This document shows positions 46,966 to 57,800 of a stretch of DNA of 64,000 nt, piece after piece (position 1 is the first letter of the stretch; each line of letters begins with the position of its first letter). Source of the stretch: a virus. Lineage: Duplodnaviria; Caudoviricetes. Under the pieces are notes generated by a model. That model saw nothing but the letters and a program-made list of their open reading frames with translations, was not told where the DNA came from and ran no database searches. The translations under genes and the position numbers were made by a program. The stretch spans positions 1 to 64,000 of IMG/VR virus record IMGVR_UViG_3300007169_000667. One strand, given 5' to 3'.

Positions 46966-49900
46966 ATGATTTGCCCTAATCTAAGTGACCCTAATATTCG
47001 TGCAGAGTTTAACTCTTTAAAGAATGTTGTAGGAGAAGACTTTGCTTACTTTCTTTGGAATAGAAACCAAGGTAATCCCTTGAGTAAAAAGACTATTATA
47101 AAAAATAAAAAAGAAGTTGTCGTAGATAATTCTATTTATAGTAACTTTTTATCTCAGTATCAGGGTAATGAAGCTAAAGCTATCTTTGCAGTAGCTGTTA
47201 CATTTAGTAACAAGTTCAAGAAGCAGTATCCAGGATTTGATGGATTCAACTCTTTTATACAGTCTAAAGTTGTTCATTCCTACATTACAAAAAACGGAGG
47301 AGACTTAGATGCTTTGGCTACTAAGATTATTGCTAAAGTAAATCAAGGATTTAAGGCAGAAAGATTTAGGCCAGAGGAAATTCAAGAAGTGAGCAGAGAG
47401 ATGCTACAAAACATCTCAGACGATGTAGATAAAACTATTGATAAGCCAACAGGTCGCCAACTATTAGATGCTTATATATGGTTTTCACAATCACCTTTAT
47501 CTAACTATGTAGGTTTTGCTAACTTAAGTAATATTGTTAATCAGAAAGCTTTTGCTCAATGGACAAAAGATGCAATTACCTTGTATCAAGGTTCAGACTC
47601 TTCTGACTTGTATCATGAATCTTTTCATGAATTTACACAAAGATTCTTAACTAAAGCAGAGAAAGCGGCTTTGTACGAATTAGTGCGTTCCAGACCTGGA
47701 AACATTAACTTAGGAGGGACAGAGATTCCACATTATTCTCTTACTAATAGACAAATAGAAGAGGTATTAGCAGAGTCTTTTCGAACCTACTCTTTAAACA
47801 GAAGCCAAGAACTTTCTCCTGAAGAACAAGCAATACTTGCAGCATCGGAAGAAGAAACTCTAGAACAACCTGTAAGAAATTTGTTTCAGCGTATAATGGA
47901 CTTCTTACGTAATCTATTTACTAAAAAGACCAGTATTACTCCTGAAGGACAGATTGTTGAAGAGAAAGCCCCTATAGATGAATTATTTGAGAAACTGTAT
48001 AGAGGCAATCTCTCGGAGTATAAACCTTCTGACTTAAATATAGAACATAATAAACTTAATAGAACTAAAGAGTTTACTTTAGAGGTAGTTACAAGTGCGG
48101 GAGAAAAAGTATCCATCGAGTACACTTCTGTTGAGGGTGCTGAGATTCTTAGTGCTATTGACTATTACTTTAATGCAGCAGTAGATAGAATGGGAATTAA
48201 TGCTGCATTCTTTAATAACTCTAAACTAAAAGCACAATTACTACCTAAGATCTATGATCAGGTAAAGACGTCTTTAGAGGCTGCTATTGAAAACTATGAG
48301 TCTCAATTAGAGACTGCAGATCCAGCTACTGCAGAAATTCTTGAAGAACGTATTAATTCTCTTAAGCCCTTAGTCTACAGTAAAGATGGACAAGATAAGT
48401 GGGCTGAAACAGTAGAGTATCATAAAGGATTTTCTAAGGGAAACATACTTAAAACAAAAGAAGGAGATGATACCAAAGACATAGATTCTGTATTAGATGA
48501 GATAGCTGAAGAAGACCGTAGTAGAAACGAATATGCTTCAAAGTCAGCTGAGATGATCAATCCTATTGATCTTGCTTCTCCTGAGATATTAGAACTTATT
48601 AAAACTCTTCCAGATATTAAAAGAAATGAATTAGGAGAAGAGATTCAACAGGTGGGAAGTATTTTAGGTCTACCCCAGGTAGGAGACTACCTAACCAATA
48701 AAAACTTAATTCTAAATACTGTAAGCGGTATTAAGAGTTACAGTGAGGCAATCCAAGCTTTAGTAGAAAAAGCAGACTTGTCCCCTCAACTTCTCTATTT
48801 TGTACAAAGAATGCCCAAAACTACTGGTACATTGAGTATAGAAGAGGAAGCATTAAAAGCTGGATTTCTACAGTTTGCTTCTATGCCTACAGTAGTTCCT
48901 TTAAATATTCGATCTACAGTAGAAGATACTCCTGGAAAGAAACCAGTTTTAAAGACTAGTGTGTTTGTTGAAAATACATTGTCTCTAAATAACTTGATGG
49001 AATACTTTGATCAAGACTTTATTGAAAATTCTAGTAGAAAATATAGGAACGTAGATGTAAATAGTATCAATGTTCCTACCTTTAGTGTTAAGTCTGTATT
49101 AGCTGATTATCTAGGACTAGCTCCTTTTGTTGCTGAAGATGCTTTTAGATTTTTTAAGGATGTATTTGGCGTAGATTTATATGGAGGAGTATCTCCATCA
49201 CTTATGTTTGATAGAAAAGGTAACTTCATTCCAAGTTCAAACCTAAGAATTACACCTATTGGACTTAAAAATATTCTTACAATTGCTAAACTATCAGTCA
49301 ATAAGATGGTATTAATGGATCAAATTGCTCGGTCTGGCAATCTAGATTTAATTGCATTAACTCCGCAGACAACTTCTCTTCCTCTAAGTACTTGGACTAC
49401 AGATATCTCTAGTAAACTTCAAAAAGCTATTAACGCTCTTAAAGATAATGACCCTGTTAAAGTGTTGTATAAACAAAGATTTGGTTCGATTACAACATTT
49501 AAAAATGAGAGAAGAAACTTCTTTAACACAGTAGAGTCTTTTTATAACTTATCTAATTCAGCTTCTTATCTTAATTTAGAGAAGAATTTAGAATGGTCTA
49601 TCAGAGAATGGAATCATATGATAGATACCGTAGAAGATTTAAATAAGGTAAAGAACTTATCCCAACTTAAAGGACACTTAAGTCCAGAGACAAATAACTT
49701 TATTAAGTACAGTGCTTGGGGTAAAAAGATGTTTGACTTCAACGGAGATCGTAAGAAAAACTTAGCAGGAGAAGACGTTTCTATAGAAGTATTAAACTTT
49801 TCTGGTATGCAGACTGGTATTTTTGATGGTAAGAAAACAACAAATCTCAGTGCAGACTCTAAGTTAGTTCAGGACTTTTTAGGATTTTTAAAAGATCGCA

Positions 49901-52900
49901 CCTTTGAAAACATAAGAGCAGGAGCTAAAAACAGTGCTTTTGCTACTAGAATAAATGGAAACTTAGCAGATAGAACGTATCATAAGTTTGAGGACTTTAT
50001 TGTGATGAATAAGACAGTCCTTGCTTCTTCTGTACAGTCACAGTTTACAGATTATTTAAAGTTTGAAGTCTCCCGTATGTATGATGATAGAGCTAAGTCT
50101 ACTCAAAAAGAAGTACGTGGTTCAGAATTTATTATACTTCAAGACATTCTTTCTCCTCAATTACAAGATGAGCTTAAGAATCTTGTGGCAGTAGCTGAGT
50201 CTAAAGAATCATTAATAGAAGCAGTCAGTCAGTTGTATAGTGGTAGAAGAGATACTCGTTATGGTGAGTTTAAAGATTCTCTTACTCAATACTTTCAAGA
50301 CCAATTAAGAGTTTTTAAAGCTGCTTTAACTGAAAGTATTGCAGATGGTAAGAAAGCAAATTTTGTAAAGAAGTTTAATCAAACATTTACTGAAGAGGGA
50401 GATGCTAGAAGTGAGTCACAAATTGATGCGATTATTCTAGCTTATATTACCAACTACTATACTCATCAGATAGAATATATGCATATGTTAGTGGGAGATC
50501 CTTCTAACTTTAATGCAAAAGGAGGAAACTGGAGGGAAGTATTTAAGCGTTTAGGTGGTAGTATTTCTCCAGGGAAACAACCACACTTAGATGATCAGAC
50601 TTTATTATCTTGGAATTCTGAGCCTAAGTATGCAAGACTACTCGAACAACAAGTTAAAGGTAGAGGCAAGTCTAGAGAGTATGATGAGAATTTTAAATAT
50701 ATTCAATTTAAAGATATTAAATCGTTTACTAGGTCTCAGGAAGATGTTTTAAGAAAACAAATCGAAGATGGATTTGTAGATTGGAAACTAAGTTTACTTC
50801 CTAAGAATGCATCAAAGGCAAAGAAAGCAGAAGTTATACTAGCCGCAAAAGAAGAGATTAAAACTAACCTTGATGATATGTTTGCTCAGGACAAAGAGTC
50901 CGATGCTCAAGCGTATGCAAACTTAGACTTTATTCGTTTCTATCTTAACTCAATAGATGAGTGGTCTTCAGAACTTGAAGAAGCCTACAATCATGAAGTT
51001 AAAGTATTAGAAGCAATCAAAGCTTATAGGGCTAATAAAGGTACCAAACAATCAGTATTAGATTTAATAGAGCAATCAAACAAAGGTATCCTAACTTCTT
51101 TAAAATTAGGTTACTATGGTTCTCCTTTAGAGAATACTAAGTATGTAACTTTAGGTAAATACTCCGTATTCAATCTATTACCATCTGCAGTATTTAATAC
51201 TGACTTAGAATCTTTTATGTTTGATATGTTTGAGAAGGGTGTGGACTTTGCAACTTTTGATTCTGGAAACAAGATGTCTACTCCAGTAGAGTCAATTCCT
51301 TTCTACAAAGAAGACGATGTATTGTCTATCAACAATATTCCTACAAAAAGTATTCTTACCTATCCTATAAGTGGACTACGTAGACAACAGTATATAGCAC
51401 CTAAGTTTAAAAATGAGGCAACTCTTTCTACTCAGATGGTTAAGTTGTTGTTTGGGGATTTTTATATTAATGGAGAGATTAATCCAGCATTTGCACAGAT
51501 CCAAGATAAAATGGACTCCTTACAACAAGAGTTTATTAACATGGTTCAGAATGTCGTAAATGCGGAGAAAGCCAAAATCTATACTCAAATAGAAGCAGAG
51601 GTAGACGAAAATGGTGTTATAAAAACCTTCTCTATTCCTGCCTTTAAACGGTGGTTATTCAAAGAATTCGACAAAAAAGATATTCCAAACTCGGTATATG
51701 TCTACATTGACTCTCTTGATGAGAATGAGTTTATTAGATCTATTGATGGATCCTCTAGAAGAGACTTGGTAGAAAATGTAATTAGTTCGGCTTTATCTAA
51801 ACGTGTGCTTAAACCAAAGATGTTTGGAGAAGCCTATATTCAATTAGCTTCTTCTGGATTTAATCAGTTAGGAACAAGATTTAAAAAACCTAGTAAGGAA
51901 GACGTTAGTAAATACGGAACTTCAGGATTGAGGGACTACAGAGTAGAGAATGGTAAAACCCAACCTGCTGATATTAAGATTGCCTTTAATCCTAAAAAAC
52001 ATTTACCTTTATTAAACTTAGAGTTTAATGGTCAGAGGATAGCAACTCTTGCTAGGTTAAATGAGGCACTTTTAGATGACAACTGGGTAGAACTTCATTC
52101 AGAAAAAATTACTATGGCAGGTGTACGTATTCCCGTACAAGGATTTAACTCTATGGAATACTTTAGAGTGAGAGAGTTCTTACCTACAAGTGCAGGTCCT
52201 GTTATTGTAGTACCTCCTTCAATTGTTACTAAGTCTGGATCTGACTTCGATATAGATAAGTTGTTTATGTATGAGCCTATGTTAGACTCTGAAGGTAATA
52301 TAATGGATGATTCTATTGTAGACTCTGCAGACTTTACAAAGAACATGCTTAACAACATAAGAGAGCGAGTTGTTAATCTACAAAATAAGAAAGAGATCAA
52401 AGAACTCTTAAACAATACAGGTGCTTACTTTATAAAAGGATTATACGAGAAAGACATTAAGAACTTAAAAGGAGTATTGTATGACTTATCTACTAGAAAA
52501 GCCTCTTACGATGATCCATTGGTAGAAGGTGCACACCTACGTATTAAACTATTAATTGCACGTATAGAACATCTATTAAAAGAAAATCCTTCATTAGCTG
52601 ATACTTTGGCTAAGTTAAAAGAGATAAACAAAGACTTAGATACATTGCAGGGTTATACTCCAAACAATATTAAAAATGTATCTTCTAATAGAATGATTAA
52701 AGTTATCTCTGGTGTATTATCTGAACCTGCTCTATTCTCTAGATTTACAAAACCTAATTCTAATAAAATCTTACCAGAGATAGCTGCTAAATACTTAGCA
52801 TTACGAAATAAAGGAGGTAAGATTAGTTCTACGGATATGTTTTCTCCATTAACCTCAGTTGCTTTGTTTAAAGAAAATACTTTAGGTAAAAAGTCTTTGG

Positions 52901-54780
52901 GTGTGGACGCTAAGATGAATGCATTACATAAACTTTTCCAACAAGTAGGATTAAGATTTAAGGCAGGTAATATAACAAACAACTATAGAATGAAGGCAAA
53001 CAGAACAACATCTGGAGAAATCATTCTAGGAGGATATATAGATGCTGACAATGACAATCTGATATCAGATGTAATCAATGAGTTTATTAATGGTCACGTA
53101 GACATTGAGAAAGAAGACTGGATTAACTATTTTAATGGTGATAATGTTCGGACTCCTCTTATTCTACAAATGGTTTTAAATGGTACTCCAGTTAAGGATG
53201 CTATTCTTTTAGTGAATCAACCTATTATTCAACATTTCTTAAGAGAGAATTTTGTTGGACATATAGGAAGAACACTTGGATCAAAGTCTAAATCTGAAAA
53301 ACAATACGTAATCGAGGCTTTAAAAGTACTTGGAGTATCGCCTATTATGGAGGAAATCCAAACTCCTAAAGGAAAAAAATCAGTTATTAACTTACAAGAT
53401 ACAGTAACAATGTTACTTGAAGACGATTACTTTAAGAGACATATAGAACGTTTTAATGAAAATGATTATCCGCCTTATGTAGAGAATAGTAGGAAAGCAT
53501 ACGATATTATTTTAGAAGAAGCTAAAACTGGAAACATAGAAGCTCAATCTAAGTTGGCTGCACAGGTTGCCTTCTTAACGCAGTATCTTGCTGTAAAGGA
53601 TCAACAAGATGTACTATATGATTTGACTTCTAATATAGATTTTAATACAAATAACTACAGAAATATTACAGATTTTTTCTCTGTAGCCTATGGTATTAAT
53701 TCAGCGTCTGATTATTTCAATGGAGAAGCAGTCGAAAAAATTCTTTCTAATAGCGTAGTATCTCCCTTTAACATTGTATCAGAAGCAGTAGAGATTTCTA
53801 GAAGTGTCTTCGATATTCTAGCTTTAGCTCCTGTTCAGGAACAAATACAAAAAATACTAGATGAAAATAAATATTGGAGCAGAGATAGGGCAACTAGAGA
53901 GGTTAATAAGATTCTTAATAATTTTATGCATATTCTTATTAGCAGATTTGGGGATGACTATAGTAGAGATTTGTATAATAGATATGGAAGAGATTCTGGA
54001 TTCTTAGAGAAGGATAAACCCAACAACTTAAAGTCTAAGTTTATTACTTTGTTTAAGGATAGTAGTAAGCCTGAGTTGATGCAGTTTGCAAACAAAAATT
54101 TATTTTTAGCTAACTTTAATACTATTGATGTAAAAGACTCAAAGATGTTTTATGTAGCTATGAAGACAAATGAGAAAGATCCTGATGCTATAGATGCTGT
54201 ACAAAAAGCATTCATGGATGGATTAAATCATCCTAATCCACAAGTGTCTCAGTTTTTTACAGATGTTGCTAGTGCTACTATAGTATCACAAGGATTTAAT
54301 ATTCGTTTTAGAAGTATACAACCATATCTTCCTATTAAAGGATATATTGATGTAGCAGCAGGTTTATCTGTTACTTTAAAAGGTTTAAAGTATTCTTATA
54401 ATAACTCTGACTCTAACGATGAAGAAGCTTTAACTATCTTTACAGAAGGCATTAAAGCAGCATATGCCCAATCTAAACAAAAGGGTCTATCAGAACTGGA
54501 TAGAGTGTTTCCTAAGTATAAATTTAAGGGAGATGTAGCAATCGTAGAAGAGGTTGATGAAGATGATGTTCTTCCATTAGAAGAAGGTAATACTTATGAT
54601 GATCCAGAGTTTGACGATGAAGAAGCTTACAGAAGTCAAGGAATTTTAAATAGTTCTAGAGGTAATAGACCTGTTGACTTAGGAGAATCTACAGGTGTAA
54701 ATGTTGCACGTAAGTCAGGAAAAAGTACGCCACTAAGTTCTACAGATGCAGAAGTGACTAAGTGTAACATAGAAGATTAG
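46966..54780 (+). CDS. Virion-packaged multisubunit-type RNA polymerase (crAss-like, phi14:2 gp66 homologue) with N-terminal zincin-like domain
   Basis: Catalytic GSDFDIDKL (DFDID codons 52243-52257) preceded by RIPVQG; beta-like SDAQAY, KLGYYG...K and S-x-NK motifs; HESFH...EE-x-LAE zincin motif. Confidence 0.9.
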   Translation: MICPNLSDPNIRAEFNSLKNVVGEDFAYFLWNRNQGNPLSKKTIIKNKKEVVVDNSIYSNFLSQYQGNEAKAIFAVAVTFSNKFKKQYPGFDGFNSFIQSKVVHSYITKNGGDLDALATKIIAKVNQGFKAERFRPEEIQEVSREMLQNISDDVDKTIDKPTGRQLLDAYIWFSQSPLSNYVGFANLSNIVNQKAFAQWTKDAITLYQGSDSSDLYHESFHEFTQRFLTKAEKAALYELVRSRPGNINLGGTEIPHYSLTNRQIEEVLAESFRTYSLNRSQELSPEEQAILAASEEETLEQPVRNLFQRIMDFLRNLFTKKTSITPEGQIVEEKAPIDELFEKLYRGNLSEYKPSDLNIEHNKLNRTKEFTLEVVTSAGEKVSIEYTSVEGAEILSAIDYYFNAAVDRMGINAAFFNNSKLKAQLLPKIYDQVKTSLEAAIENYESQLETADPATAEILEERINSLKPLVYSKDGQDKWAETVEYHKGFSKGNILKTKEGDDTKDIDSVLDEIAEEDRSRNEYASKSAEMINPIDLASPEILELIKTLPDIKRNELGEEIQQVGSILGLPQVGDYLTNKNLILNTVSGIKSYSEAIQALVEKADLSPQLLYFVQRMPKTTGTLSIEEEALKAGFLQFASMPTVVPLNIRSTVEDTPGKKPVLKTSVFVENTLSLNNLMEYFDQDFIENSSRKYRNVDVNSINVPTFSVKSVLADYLGLAPFVAEDAFRFFKDVFGVDLYGGVSPSLMFDRKGNFIPSSNLRITPIGLKNILTIAKLSVNKMVLMDQIARSGNLDLIALTPQTTSLPLSTWTTDISSKLQKAINALKDNDPVKVLYKQRFGSITTFKNERRNFFNTVESFYNLSNSASYLNLEKNLEWSIREWNHMIDTVEDLNKVKNLSQLKGHLSPETNNFIKYSAWGKKMFDFNGDRKKNLAGEDVSIEVLNFSGMQTGIFDGKKTTNLSADSKLVQDFLGFLKDRTFENIRAGAKNSAFATRINGNLADRTYHKFEDFIVMNKTVLASSVQSQFTDYLKFEVSRMYDDRAKSTQKEVRGSEFIILQDILSPQLQDELKNLVAVAESKESLIEAVSQLYSGRRDTRYGEFKDSLTQYFQDQLRVFKAALTESIADGKKANFVKKFNQTFTEEGDARSESQIDAIILAYITNYYTHQIEYMHMLVGDPSNFNAKGGNWREVFKRLGGSISPGKQPHLDDQTLLSWNSEPKYARLLEQQVKGRGKSREYDENFKYIQFKDIKSFTRSQEDVLRKQIEDGFVDWKLSLLPKNASKAKKAEVILAAKEEIKTNLDDMFAQDKESDAQAYANLDFIRFYLNSIDEWSSELEEAYNHEVKVLEAIKAYRANKGTKQSVLDLIEQSNKGILTSLKLGYYGSPLENTKYVTLGKYSVFNLLPSAVFNTDLESFMFDMFEKGVDFATFDSGNKMSTPVESIPFYKEDDVLSINNIPTKSILTYPISGLRRQQYIAPKFKNEATLSTQMVKLLFGDFYINGEINPAFAQIQDKMDSLQQEFINMVQNVVNAEKAKIYTQIEAEVDENGVIKTFSIPAFKRWLFKEFDKKDIPNSVYVYIDSLDENEFIRSIDGSSRRDLVENVISSALSKRVLKPKMFGEAYIQLASSGFNQLGTRFKKPSKEDVSKYGTSGLRDYRVENGKTQPADIKIAFNPKKHLPLLNLEFNGQRIATLARLNEALLDDNWVELHSEKITMAGVRIPVQGFNSMEYFRVREFLPTSAGPVIVVPPSIVTKSGSDFDIDKLFMYEPMLDSEGNIMDDSIVDSADFTKNMLNNIRERVVNLQNKKEIKELLNNTGAYFIKGLYEKDIKNLKGVLYDLSTRKASYDDPLVEGAHLRIKLLIARIEHLLKENPSLADTLAKLKEINKDLDTLQGYTPNNIKNVSSNRMIKVISGVLSEPALFSRFTKPNSNKILPEIAAKYLALRNKGGKISSTDMFSPLTSVALFKENTLGKKSLGVDAKMNALHKLFQQVGLRFKAGNITNNYRMKANRTTSGEIILGGYIDADNDNLISDVINEFINGHVDIEKEDWINYFNGDNVRTPLILQMVLNGTPVKDAILLVNQPIIQHFLRENFVGHIGRTLGSKSKSEKQYVIEALKVLGVSPIMEEIQTPKGKKSVINLQDTVTMLLEDDYFKRHIERFNENDYPPYVENSRKAYDIILEEAKTGNIEAQSKLAAQVAFLTQYLAVKDQQDVLYDLTSNIDFNTNNYRNITDFFSVAYGINSASDYFNGEAVEKILSNSVVSPFNIVSEAVEISRSVFDILALAPVQEQIQKILDENKYWSRDRATREVNKILNNFMHILISRFGDDYSRDLYNRYGRDSGFLEKDKPNNLKSKFITLFKDSSKPELMQFANKNLFLANFNTIDVKDSKMFYVAMKTNEKDPDAIDAVQKAFMDGLNHPNPQVSQFFTDVASATIVSQGFNIRFRSIQPYLPIKGYIDVAAGLSVTLKGLKYSYNNSDSNDEEALTIFTEGIKAAYAQSKQKGLSELDRVFPKYKFKGDVAIVEEVDEDDVLPLEEGNTYDDPEFDDEEAYRSQGILNSSRGNRPVDLGESTGVNVARKSGKSTPLSSTDAEVTKCNIED

Positions 54781-54794
54781 ATTATATTTAAAGT

Positions 54795-54823
54795 TTGATA
54801 TTTTTAATTAAAGATTATATTTG
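54795..54823 (+). promoter_or_regulatory. Bacteroidota-type promoter before the third giant gene
   Basis: TTTG about 18-19 nt upstream of TATATTTG. Confidence 0.6.
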
Positions 54824-54837
54824 TAACATACGTAAAA

Positions 54838-57800
54838 ATGAGCAAAGGCTGTATTATACATGTAAATAATCCTATATCAGGAGAAAGACATGCTTCCACT
54901 TTAGGATATCTATTAACGCAATTAGATTTAGATAGCGACTATATTGCACAAACTATAGAAGCTATTTATGATAACGTTGGAAGTACTCGTTCTTGGGGAC
55001 CTCTTAAATCGTCTATGACTGCTGCTCATAATCCAGAAGCAGATATAGAACAGTTTTTAGGTTTAGCGGGAATTCAACTTCCTCCTAGACAACTTGCTTA
55101 TGTAAAGGATGTACAAAAATTTTACGAGGAGAGAGACTTAGATATAGAAAAAGAATATAATCTAACTGATGTACAACAACTTGTACTAGACAATCAGCCT
55201 TATTCTACTTTCTCATTACAAATAGAACCTGTACAGAGCGATTTACCTGGTGCACAAAGAACTTACAAATTGACTCCTGCATCAGGAAAAAATGAGTTTA
55301 AGTTAATGATGACGGAGGCTTTAGAGTACGAGTTGATTAGAAGTAACTCTGCTTTAGAGTCAGCTAACGTACAACATCTTCAGCCATACTTAGACTTTAC
55401 TAATCCTGATATCTTTGATACTGCTACAAAAATTATTAATGATCCTAGTACTCCACAATATCAGAGAGAGATACTTAAAAAACTAATTAGAGTACTTCAT
55501 ATAGATCCAAACATCAGTATGGACTTTAGAGTAGAGCATACAGGAGTTATGAGGGATCGCAATGGTGACTATCTTATTAGGCCTGCAACATATGATGCCA
55601 GCAATCGTAAACTAAGTTTTAGTCCTATAGCATTAGGTGCTCTAGATATAGATTCTTTTAAGAAGTTGTTTATTCATGAGTTAGTCCACTCTGTTACTGT
55701 GCATGCTATGATGTCTCCTAGTAATGCTACTGATAAAAAATTGGTTGAAGGTATAAGAGAGGCCTATCTTTATTATAAGACTAAATATAAAGGACAAGCT
55801 CCTGTAGGAGATTATTACGGTTTAGCAGATGAGTTTGAGTTTGTAAGTGAATTCTTAAGTAATCCTGCCTTTAGAGATTCTATAGAAAAAAATGATGTAG
55901 AATATGCTAGAAATATTTTTGAAAAGATATGGGACTTTATACTAAGTAAGCTAGGTTTAACTAAGCCAGATAAAAAGATTGCCCCAACTCAAGAAGCACT
56001 TGATGAATTGTTAGATAATTATTTTGCAGAAGTAGTATTTAATAACAACTTAAATACTAAAAGTAATCCATTAGATAAACAAAAATTTAACTATGAGATG
56101 ACAACTATGCAAATGGAAGAAGCTAAGGAGTACTTATTAAAAAATTCTGAATTCCAAAAAAATCTTACTAGGTTTCTAGACTCAGACATTATTGACTGGA
56201 AAAAGATTTTTATGGAGGCGAATAGTATAAAAATTAATTTGCCTTTGCTATATAAATCAGAAGAGTCTCTGCAAAATATATCTATTGGAGAAGCTAAAGA
56301 GGCTTTTAGATCCCTAGTTACATACTTTCATGATACAGCTAAGTATCTTAGATCTTTACAATTATCTATGGATTCTATGTCTGCAAGTGGTATCTATACT
56401 CAAGAGGAGATGTTTAGACAAGCATACCATGCTCGTGAGTTAGGTGAACACTTTAAGCAAGTAATGCGTGAGTATACAGACATTATGGGAGACACTGGTA
56501 CAGGCACTGTATTAAATACTCAAATAAGAAACATAGAAGCTTTAGCTAACTCACTTACACAAGACTACTTTAATAAAGCTACTAAAGCTATTGCAGAGAA
56601 GTTAGCTAGAGAGATTGCTCCTCAAACAGAATCTATGCGAGCAACTATTGCTCAGAATATAGAACAGTTTCAAAAATCTTATGATTCAGCAGTTGCTTCA
56701 GGTAATAATACATTAGCTCAGAATCTTAAGAATAAAATAGCAGAGGAAACCAAGAAGTATAATGAATTGGCTACAGAAGAAAATATTGCCAGAGCATTTA
56801 CTGGCAAATTAAAAGATATTAATTTATTCAGTCTTTATGCAGAATCTGCAGCACTAACAGGTAATATTATTACAGGTACTGTGGGTTCTATGTTGAGTAA
56901 AATGTATGACGAAGCTAACGCAGAATCTATTGTACTAGAAAGAAAAATGCGGGGATTAGGAGATAGGCTAGAAAAAATTACAAAGTCTAAAGGGGGTAGG
57001 AATCTTACAGGTTTAGATTTTCAAAATACTTTTGGACCATACATCCGTAAAGTAACAGTTAAAGAAATTAAGAAGGGAGAGATAGTAGAAAGAGAGACTT
57101 TAGTTTTTAATACAGAGATGGATGAGATCGCTTATCAAAACGATCGAATTACTCTTATTCATGCTATCCAGCAACTTAAAAACCAAAAAAATCAAACAGA
57201 TATTATAAAAGAAGAGATAAAGAAAAAAGAAAGAGAGTTAGTTAATCTACAAGAAGAGTTTGAAGAGAAGCCTTTTATAGATGAATACTATCGTATTCAA
57301 TCCTTATTAAGTGATGAAGCAAGGGAGGCTAGAGAAGAAATCATAGAGGAGATGCGTAAGATTCAAGCATCTTCTTTAGACGAAGAGAATAATGAGGATG
57401 AATTAGATAAGTTAGAAGACTTAAAGTCTCAGTTAGAACGTTTAGAGGCAGATACCGACATCAACGGTATAGTTAAAGATGAAAAGGGTTTACGTATAGC
57501 TGCAAGTATAAGAGAGTGGAAAAAAGAGAAAAATGCTGCAGAGTTATACAAATATGAGCTAACAGAAACTAATAAAGCTTTATTTAATGTACAACTAACA
57601 AAAAAGAAAGCTTCTTTGGATAGAGTTAAATTAGAGTATGAAGATGCTGTAGCAACAAAACAACCTGAAGAGGTTATAAATTCTAAAAAAGCTATACTAA
57701 ATGCAGTCCAAAAAGACTATGATGTTTGGAGAGCCAATAATGCTGTAAGAAAGATTAGTCCAGAGTTTTATGAAGAACGTAGAGAGATCTTAGATTCTAT

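Noticed and set aside
10562-54780. Inteins or group I introns in terL, capsid or RNAP genes
   Set aside because: Frames are continuous, sizes are typical, and no Hint (C...HN) or LAGLIDADG motifs were seen
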